Source: the human T2T-CHM13v2.0 reference genome, Homo sapiens. Taken from it: DNA of 64,000 bases. The notes beneath the pieces were generated by a model. It did not search any database. It was not told where the DNA came from and saw nothing but the letters and a program-made list of their open reading frames with translations. Numbering within the stretch: the stretch's first letter is position 1; each line of letters opens with the position of its first letter. This document shows positions 54,001-64,000 of the stretch, piece by piece. The DNA is taken from NCBI RefSeq assembly GCF_009914755.1, contig NC_060933.1. One strand, 5' to 3'. The position numbers and the translations under genes were made by a program.

Positions 54001-57000
54001 CATTCCATTCCATTCCATTCCATTTCGTTCCATTCCATTCTGTTCCGTACCATTCCATTCCATTCCATTCCACTCGGGTTGATTCCATTCCTTTCCATTC
54101 CATTCGGGTTGAATTCATTCCATTCCATTCCATTCCATTCGATTCCATTCAATTGCACTCGTGTTGATTCCATTCCATTGCATTCCATTCCGTTCCATTC
54201 CATTCCATTCTGTTCAATTCCATTCCATTACTTTCGGATTGATTCCATTCAATTCACTTACGCTCCATTACATTCCATTCCATTCGTGTTGTTTCCATTC
54301 CATTCCATTCCATTCCACTCCATTCGATTGCACTCGGGTTCATTCCATTCCATTCCATTCCATTCCATTCCATTCCATTCTATTCCATTCCATTCCATTC
54401 TAATCCGTACCCTTCCATTCCATTCCATTCCATTCTATTCCATTCCATTCCATGTCATTCCACTCGGGTTCATTCCATTCCTTTCCATTCCTTTCGGATT
54501 GAATCCATTCCATTCTATTCGATTCCATTCCATTGCACACGGTTTGATTCCATTCCATTCCATTCCATTCCATTCCATTCCATTCCAATCCATTCCGGAA
54601 GACTCCCCTCCATTGCATTCCATTCCATTCCATTCCCCTGAACTCGGGGTGATTACATTCCATTCCATTCCCTTCCATTCCGTTCCATTCCATTCCATTC
54701 CATTCTATTCGGGTTAATTCCATTCCATTCCATTCCATTCCATTCAATTCCATTCCATTCCTTGGCAATCGAGTTGATTACATTCCATTCGATTCTATTT
54801 TATTCCATTCCATTCCTTGGCAATCGAGTTGATTACATTCCATTCGATTCTATTTTATTCCATTCCATTCCATGCCAATCCACTCGGGTTGATTCCATTC
54901 CTTTCCATTCCATTCGGGTTGAATCCATTCCATTCCATTCCATTCCATTCCATTGCACTCGGGTTGATTCCACTCCATTCCATTGCGTTCCATTCCATTC
55001 CATTCCACCCCATTCCAATCCATTCCATTCCATTCTATTCCACTCGGGTTGATTCCATTCCATTCCATTCCATTCCATTCATTTCCGTTCTATTCCATTG
55101 TATTCCATTCGGATGGATTCTATTCAATTCCTTTACATTCCATTGCATTGCATTCCATTCCACACAATTCCATTCCATTCCATTCCATTACTTTCCATTC
55201 CATACCATTTCATTCCATTCCATTCCATTCCATTCCATTCCATTCCATTCCATTCCATTCCATTCTATTCCATTCCATTCAATTCCATTCAATTCCATTC
55301 GATTCCATTGCACTCGGGTTGATTCCACTCCATTCCATTGCGTTCCATTCCATTCCATTCCATTCCAGTCCTTTCCATTCCATTCCACTCGGGTTGATTC
55401 CATTCTATTCCTTTTCATTCCATTCCATTCCCTTCCATTCCACTCTGGTTGATTCCATTCCTTTCCATTGTACTCGAATACATTCCCTTCTATTCCACTC
55501 GGAATGATTCCATTCCATTCCATTCCATTCCATTCCATTCCATTCCATTCCATTCCATTCCATTTCGTTCCATTCCATTCTGTTCCATTCCATTCCATTC
55601 CATTCCATTCCACTCGGGTTGATTCCATTCCTTTCCATTCCATTCGGGTTGAATTCATTCCATTCCATTCCATTCCATTCGATTCCATTCCATTGCACTC
55701 GTGTTGATTCCATTCCTTTGCATTCCATTCCGTTCCATTCCATTCCATTCTGTTCAATTCCATTCCATTACTTTCGGATTGATTCTATTCAATTCACTTA
55801 CGCTCCATTCCATTCCATTCCATTCGGGTTGAATCCATTCCATTCCATTCCATTCCATTCCATCCCATTCCATTGCACTCGGGTTGATTCCACTCCATTC
55901 CATTGCGTTCCATTCCATTCCATTCCACCCCAATCCAATCCATTCCATTCCACTCGAGTTGATTCCATTCCATTCCATTCCATTCCATTCCTTTACGTTC
56001 TATACCATTCTATTCCATTCGGGTGGATTCTATTCAATTCCTTTACGCTCCATTGCATTGCATTCCATTCCACACAATTCCATTCCATTCCATTCCATTC
56101 CATTAGTTTCCATTCCATACCATTTCATTCCATTCCATTCTTTTCCTTTCCATTCCATTCCAATCTTGCTGATTCCATTCCATTCCATTCCATTCCATTC
56201 CATTCCATTCCATTCCATTCCATTCCTTAACATTCCATTCCACTCGGGTTGATTCCATTCTATTCCTTTCCATTCCATTCCATTCCCTTCCATTCCACTC
56301 TGGTTGATTCCATTCCTTTCCATTCCACTCGAATTCATTCCCTTCTATTCCACTCGGAATGGTTACATTCCATTCCATTCCATTCCATACCATTCCATTC
56401 CATTTCGTTCCATTCCTTTCTAATCCGTACCATTCCATTCCATTCCATTCCATTCCATTCCATTCCATTCCATTCCATTCCATTCGATTCCATTCCATTG
56501 CACACGGGTTGATTCCATTCCATTCCATTCCATTCCATTCCATTCCATTCCATTCCATTCCATTCCATTCCGGATGACTCCAATTCATTGGATTCCATTC
56601 CATTCCATACCCCTGCACTCGGGTTGATTACATTCCATTCCATTCCCTTCCATTCCGTTCCATTCCATTCCATTCCATTCTATTCGGGTTAATTCCATTC
56701 CATTCTATTCCATTCCATTCCATTCCATTCCATTCCATTCCATTCCATTCCATGCCATTCCACTCGGGTTCATTCCATTCCTTTCCATTCCATTCGGGTT
56801 GAATCCATTCCATTCCATTTCGTTCCGTTCCATTCGATTCCATTCCTTTGCACACGGGTTGATTCAATTCCATTCCATTCCATTCCATTCCATTCCATTC
56901 CATTCCATTCCAGATGACTCCACTTCATTGCATTCCATTCCATTCCATTCCCCTGCACTGGGGTTTATTACATTCCATTCCATTCCCTTCCATTCCGTTC

Positions 57001-57590
57001 CATTCCATTCCATTCCATTCTATTCGGGGTAATTCCATTCCATTCCATTCCATTCCATTCCATTCCATTCCATTCCATTCCATGCCATTCCATTCCATTC
57101 CATTCCATTGCAATCGAGTTGATTCCATTCCATTCCATTCCATTCCATTCCATTACATTACATTCCATGCCATTCCAGTCCATTCCATTGCTTTCCATTC
57201 CATTGCACTCGGGTTGATTCCATTCCATTCCATTCCATTCCATTGCATTCCATTCCATTCCATTCCATTCTACTCCATTCCAATCCATTCCATTCCATTC
57301 CATTCCACTCGAGTTGATTCCATTTCATTCCATTCCATTCCATTCCGTTCTATTCCGTTCTATTCCATTTGGGTGGATTCTATTCAATTCCTTTACCCTC
57401 CATTCCATTGCATTCCATTCCTCACAATTCCATTCCTTTCCACTCCATTCCAATCCTTTCCATTCCATACCATTTCATTCCATACCATTCTATTCCGTTC
57501 CATTCCATTCCACTCTTGTTGATTCCATTCCATTCCATTCCATTCCATTCCATTACAATCGAGTTGATTCCATTCCATTCCATTCCATTC
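50300..57590 (+). repeat. Second copy of the HSat3 block at about 25600-32900 (offset about 24.7 kb)
   Basis: ORF pairs 25757/50471, 26231/50940, 27606/52300, 30038/54762 and 32709/57393 have offsets of 24684-24724. Confidence 0.88.
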
Positions 57591-58429
57591 AATTCCATTC
57601 CATTCCAGTCCTTTCCATTCCATTCCACTAGGGTTGATTCCATTCAATTACTTTGCATTCCATTCCATTCCCTTCCATTCACTCTGGTTGATTCCATTCC
57701 TTTCCATTCCACTCAAATACATTCCCTTCTATTCCACTCGGAATGATTCCATTCCATCCCATTCCATTCCATTCCATTCTATTCCATTTCGTTCCATTCC
57801 ATTTCGTTCCATTCCATTCTAATCCGTACCATTCCATTCCATTCCATTCCATTCCATTCCATTCCATTCCATGCCATTCCACTCGGGTTCATTCCATTCC
57901 TTTCCATTCCATTCGGGTTGAATCCATTCCATTCCATTTCGTTCCGTTCCATTCGATTACATTCCATTGCACACGGATTGATTCCATTCCATTCCATTCC
58001 ATTCCATTCCATTCCATTCCATTCCTTTCCATTCCGGATGACTCCAATTCATTGCATTCCATTCCATTCCATTCCCCTGCACTGGGGTTTATTACATTCC
58101 ATTCCATTCCCTTCCATTCCGTTCCATTCCATTCCATTCCACTCTATTCGGGTTAATTCCATTCCATTCCATTCCATTCCAATCCATTCCATTCCATTCC
58201 ATTCAATTCCATTGCAATCGAGTTGATTCCATTCCATTCTATTCCATTCCATTCCATTCCATTCCATTCCATTCCATTCCATTCCATTCAATGTCATTCT
58301 ACTCGGGTTGATTACATTCCTTTCCATTCCATTCGGGTTGAATCCATTCCATTCCATTCCATTGCTTTCCATTCCATTGCACTCGGGTTGATTCCATTCC
58401 ATTCCATTCCATTCCATTGCATTCCATTG

Positions 58430-61400
58430 CATTCCATTCCAATCCATTCCATTCCATTCCATTCCATTCCAATTGGGTTGAATCCATTCCATTCCATTTC
58501 GTTCCATTCCATTCTATTCCGTACAATTGCATTCCATTCCATTATATTCCATTCCGTGCCATTCCACTCGGGTTGATTCCTTTCCATTCCATTCCATTCG
58601 GGTAGATTATATTCCATTCCATTCCATTCCATTCCATTCCATTCCATTCCATTCCGGATGATTCCATTGCATTCCATTCCATTCCATTCCATTCCATTCC
58701 ATTCAATTCCATTCTCTTCGGGTTAATTCCATTCCATTCCATTCCATTCCATTCCATTCCATTCCATTCCATTCCATTCCATTGCAATGGAGTTGATTCC
58801 ATTCCATTCCATTCCATTCCATTCCATTCCAGTCCCGTCCTTTCCATTCCATTCCCCTCGGGTTGACTCCATTCTATTCCTTTCCATTCCATTCCATTCC
58901 CTTCCATTCCACTCTGGTTGATTCCATTCCTTTCCATTCCACTCGAATACATTCCCTTTTATTCCACTCAGAATGATTCCATTCCATTCCCTTCCATTCC
59001 TTTCCATTCCATTCCATTTCGTTCCATTCCATTCTAATCCGTACCTTTCCATTCCATTCCATTCCATTCTATTCCATTCCATTCCATGCCATTCCACTCG
59101 GGTTCATTCCATTCCTTTACATTCCATTCGGATTGAATCCATTCCATTCTATTCGATTCCATTCCATTGCACACGGTTTGATTCCATTCCATTCCATTCC
59201 ATTCCAATCCATTCCAATCCATTCCGTTGACTCCCCTCCATTGCATTCCATTCGATTCCATTCCCCTGCACTCGGGTTGATTACATTCCATTCCATTCCC
59301 TTCCATTCCGTTCCATTCCATTCCATTCCATTCTATTCGGGTTAATTCCATTCCATTCCATTCCATTCCATTCAATTCCTTTCCATTCCATGGCAATCGA
59401 GTTGATTCCATTCCATTCGATTCGATTTTATTCCATTCCATTCTATGCCAATCCACTCGGGTTGATTCCATTCCTTTCTATTCCATTCGGGTTGAATCCA
59501 TTCCATTGCATTCCATTCCATTCCATTCCATTCCATTCCATTGCACTCAGGTTGATTCCACTCCATTCCATTGCGTTCCATTCCATTCCATACCACCCCA
59601 TTCCAATCCATTCCATTCCATTCCATTCCACTCGAGTTGATTCCATTCCATTCCATTCCATTCCATTCCATTCCATTCCTTTCCGTTCTATTCCATTCTA
59701 TTCCATTCGGGTGGATTCTATTCAATTCCTTTACACTCCATTGCATTGCATTCCATTCCATACAATTCCATTCCATTCCATTCCATTCCATTACTTTCCA
59801 TTCCATACCATTTCATTCCATTCCATTCTTTTCCTTTCCATTCCATTCCACTCTTGTTGATTCCATTCCATTCCATTCCATTCCATTCCATTCCATTCCA
59901 TTCCATTCTATTCCATTACAATCGAGTTGATTCCATTCCATTCCATTCCATTCCATTCCATTCCATTCCTTTCCATTCCATTCCACTCGGGTTGATTCCA
60001 TTCTGTTCCTTTCCATTCCATTCCATTCCCTTCCATTCCACTCTGGTTGATTCCATTCCTTTCCATTCCACTCGAATTCATTCCCTTCTATTCCACTTGG
60101 AATGGTTCCATTCCATTCCATTCCATTCCATACCATTCCATTCCATTCCATTCCATTCCATTTCGTTCCATTCCATTCTAATCCGTACCATTCCATTCCA
60201 TTCCATTCCATTCCATTCCATTGCACACTTGTTGATTCCATTCCATTCCATTCCATTGCATTCCATTCCATTCCATTCCATTCCTTTCCATTCCATTCCG
60301 GATGACTCCACTCCATTGCATTCCATTCCATTCCATTCCCCTGCACTCGGGTTGATTACATTCCATTCCTTTCCCTTCCATTCCGTTCCATTCCATTCCA
60401 TTCCATTCTATTCGGGTTAATTCCATTCCATTCCATTCCATTCCATTCCATTCCATTCCATTCCATTCCATTCCATTTTAATCGAGTTGATTCCATTCCA
60501 TTCCATTCTATTCCATTCCATTCCATTCCATTCCATTCCATGCCAATCCCCTCGGGTTGATTCCATTCCATTCGGGTTGAATCCATTCCATTCCATTCCA
60601 TTCCATTCCATTCCATTCCATTCCATTCCATTGCACTCGGGTTGATTCCATTCCATTCCATTGCATTCCATTCCATTCCATTCCACTCCATTCCTATCCA
60701 TTCCATTCCATTCCATTACAATCGAGTTGATTCCATTCCATTCCATTCCATTCAATTGCATTCCATTCCAGTCCTTTCCATTCCATTCCACTAGGGTTGA
60801 TTCTATACTATTACTTTCCATTCCATTCCATTCCCTTCCATTCACTCTGGTTGATTCCATTCCTTTCCATTCCACTCGAATACATTCCCTTCTATTCCAC
60901 TCGGAATGATTCCATTCCATCCCATTCCATTCCATTCCATTCTATTCCATTTCGTTCCATTCCATTTCGCTCCATTCCATTCTAATCCGTACCATTCCAT
61001 TCCATTCCATTCCATGCCATTCCACTCGGGTTCATTCCATTCCTTTCCATTCCATTGGGGTTGAATCCATTCCATTCCATTTCGTTCCGTTCCATTCGAT
61101 TACATTCCATTGCACACGGATTGATTCCATTCCATTCCATTCCATTCCATTCAATTCCATTCCATTTCATTCCTTTCCATTCCGGATGACTCCAATTCAT
61201 TGCATTCCATTCCATTCCATTCCCCTGCACTGGGGTTTATTACATTCCATTCCATTCCCTTCCATTCCGTTCAATCCCATTCCATTCCATTCTATTCGGG
61301 TTAATTCCATTCCATTCCATACCATTCCATTCCATTCCATTCCATTCCATTCCATTCCATTCCATTCCATTCCATTGCAATCGAGTTGATTCCATTCCAT

Positions 61401-64000
61401 TCTATTCCATTCCATTCCATTCCATTCCATTCCATTCCATTCCATGCCATTCCACTCGGGTTGATTACATTCCTTTCCATTCGATTCGGTTTGAATCCAT
61501 TCTATTCCATTCCATTGCTTTCCATTCCATTGCACTCGGGTTGATTCCATTCCATTGCATTCCATTCCATTGCATTCCATTCCATTCCATTCCACTCCAT
61601 TGCATTCCATTCCATTCCATTCCACTCCATTCCAATCCATTCCATTCCATTCCATTCCACTCGAGTTGATTCCATTCCATTCCATTCCATTCCATTCCAT
61701 TCCATTTCATTCCGTTCTATTCCGTTCTATTCCATTTGGGTGGATTCTGTTCAATTCCTTTACACTCCATTCCATTGCATTCCATTCCTCACAATTCCAC
61801 TCCATTCCATTCCATTCCATTCCATTCCTTTCCATTCCATACCATTTCATTCCATTCCATTCTATTCCTTTCCATTCCATTCCACTCTTGTTGATTCCAT
61901 TTCATTCCATTCCATTCCATTGCATTCCATTCCGTTCCATTCCATTCCATTACATTCGGATTTATTCTATTCAATTCCTTTACACTCCATTCCATTGCAT
62001 TCTCTTCGGGTTGTTTACATTCCATTCCATTCCATTCCACTCCATTCCATTGCACTCGGATTGATTCCATTCCATTCCATTCCATTCCATTCCATTCTAT
62101 TCCATTCCATTCCTTTCCATTCCATTCCATTGCATTCCCTTCCATTCCAGATGATTCCATTCCATTCCATTCCATTCCGTTCCATTCCATTCCATTCCAT
62201 TCTATTTGGGTTAATTCCATTCCTTTCCATTCCATTCCATTCCATTCCATTCCATTCCATTCCATTGCAATCGAGTTGATTCCATTCCATTCCATTCCAT
62301 TCCATTCCATTCCATTCCATTCCTTTCCATTCCATTCCACTCGGGTTGATTCCATTCTATTCCTTTTCATTCCATTCCATTCCCTTCCATTCCACTCTGG
62401 TTGATTCCATTCCTTTCCATTCTACTCGAATACATTCCCTTCTATTCCACTCGGAATGATTCCATTCCATTCCATTCCATTCCATTCCATTCCATTCCAT
62501 TCCATTCCATTCCATTTCGTTCCATTTCATTCTGTTCCGTACCATTCCATTCCATTCCATTCCACTCGGGTTGATTCCATTCCTTTCCTTTCCATTCGGG
62601 TTGAATTCATTCCATTCCATTCCATTCCATTCGATTCCATTCCATTGCACTCGTGTTGATTCCATTCCATTGCATTCCATTCCGTTCCATTCCATTCCAT
62701 TCTGTTCAATTCCATTCCATTACTTTCGGATTGATTCCATTCAATTCACTTACGCTCCATTACATTCCATTCCATTCGTGTTGTTTCCATTCCATTCCAT
62801 TCCATTCCACTCCATTCGATTGCACTCGGGTTCATTCCATTCCATTCCATTCCATTCCATTCCATTCCATTCCATTCTATTCCATTCCATTCCATTCTAA
62901 TCCGTACCCTTCCATTCCATTCCATTCCATTCTATTCCATTCCATTCCATGCCATTCCACTCGGGTTCATTCCATTCCTTTCCATTCCTTTCGGATTGAA
63001 TCCATTCCATTCTATTCGATTCCATTCCATTGCACAAAGTTTGATTCCATTCCATTCCATTCCATTCCATTCCATTCCATTCCAATCCATTCCGGAAGCC
63101 TCCCCTCCATTGCATTCCATTCCATTCCATTCCCCTGAACTCGGGTTGATTACATTCCATTCCATTCCCTTCCATTCTGTTCCATTCCATTCCATTCCAT
63201 TCTATTCGGGTTAATTCCTTTCCATTCCATTCCATTCCATTCAATTCCATTCCATTCCTTGGCAATCGAGTTGATTACATTGCATTCGATTCTATTTTAT
63301 TCCATTCCATTCCATGCCAATCCACTCGGGTTGATTCCATTCCTTTCCATTCCATTCGGGTTGAATCCATTCCATTCCATTCCATTCCACTCCATTGCAC
63401 TCGGGTTGATTCCACTCCATTCCATTGCGTTCCATTCCATTCCATTCCACCCCATTCCAATCCATTCCATTCCATTCTATTCCACTCGGGTTGATTCCAT
63501 TCCATTCCATTCCATTCCATTCATTTCCGTTCTATTCCATTGTATTCCATTCGGATGGATTCTATTCAATTCCTTTACATTCCATTGCATTGCATTCCAT
63601 TCCACACAATTCCATTCCATTCCATTCCATTCGATTACTTTCCATTCCATACCATTTCATTACATTCCATTCTATTCCTTTAAATTCCATTCCACTCTTG
63701 TTGATTCCATTCCATTCCATTCCATTCCATTCCATTCCATTCCATTCCATTCCATTCTATTCCATTCCATTCAATTCCATTCAATTCCATTCGATTCCAT
63801 TGCACTCGGTTTGATTCCACTCCATTCCATTGCGTTGCATTCCATTCCATTCCATTCCATTCCAGTCCTTTCCATTCCATTCCACTCGGGTTGATTCCAT
63901 TCTATTCCTATTCATTCCATTCCATTCCCTTCCATTCCACTCTGGTTGATTCCATTCCTTTCCATTCTACTCGAATACATTCCCTTCTATTCCACTCGGA
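58430..64000 (+). repeat. More diverged paralog of the HSat3 block at about 25270-30830 (offset about 33.15 kb)
   Basis: Marker order is the same (GGGTAGATTATA about 25444/58600, CTCTTCGGGTTAA, CCGTTGACTCCCC about 26078/59224, ATACTATTACTTT, CCGGAAG), with many private substitutions. Confidence 0.85.

Larger units (their letters stand above)
13554..64000 (+). repeat. Human Satellite 3 (HSat3/SatIII)-type array, (CATTC)n on + and (GGAAT)n on -
   Basis: ATTCC pentamer runs are interspersed with the diagnostic satellite 3 decamer A(C/T)TCGGGTTG and its variants (ACTCGAGTTG, ACTCGTGTTG, ACTCTGGTTG). The array keeps one orientation throughout and runs off the right edge. Confidence 0.97.

Noticed and set aside
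13510-63894. Hundreds of (IPFHS)n and (MEWNG)n ORFs up to 304 aa
   Set aside because: (ATTCC)n and (GGAAT)n contain no stop codon in any frame. The ORFs overlap in all six frames, and indels are multiples of 5 rather than 3.
13554-64000. HSat2 (HSATII), telomeric repeat or alpha satellite identity
   Set aside because: It lacks the dense CATTCGATTC/GATGATTCC pattern typical of HSat2, and I see no TTAGGG arrays, 171-bp monomer or CENP-B box. The decamer is diagnostic of satellite 3.
13554-64000. Strand inversion or Alu/L1/D4Z4/LSau insertion within the arrays
   Set aside because: The + strand is C-rich throughout apart from isolated single GGAAT pentamers. I see no poly-A tail, target-site duplication or non-satellite stretch.
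1-64000. A novel gene-encoded biological system
   Set aside because: All of the sequence is accounted for by two known satellite families and their duplications. Nothing supports a coding or RNA-gene system.

Overview
The window is entirely primate (human-like) pericentromeric satellite DNA. I find no credible gene, RNA gene, transposon or CRISPR array, and every ORF in the track is a by-product of the repeats. Bases 1-13557 are beta satellite (68-bp Sau3A/BSR family) organised as a 38-monomer, 2596-bp higher-order repeat (HOR). Four copies look identical, the fifth switches abruptly to a variant about 1.5% diverged, and a rearranged terminal fragment about 8-16% diverged follows. This abuts, through a 4-bp CCAT microhomology at 13554-13557, a roughly 50-kb Human Satellite 3 (HSat3/SatIII) array: (CATTC)n on the + strand with the interspersed 10-mer A(C/T)TCGGGTTG. 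The HSat3 has a readable nested duplication history: a 4.36-kb tandem duplication, then an approximately 10.5-kb unit expanded by 7.6-kb and 6.6-kb duplications (one with a templated insertion at its breakpoint), then an older diverged paralogous layer. I do not see a new biological system. The points of interest are structural and evolutionary: the junction, the divergence steps, a hidden 10-mer periodicity in the HOR, pentamer-register conservation and rare HSE/ETS-like variants. Chromosome assignment (a chr9-type beta-satellite/HSat3 boundary) is inference only. Divergence figures are hand counts.
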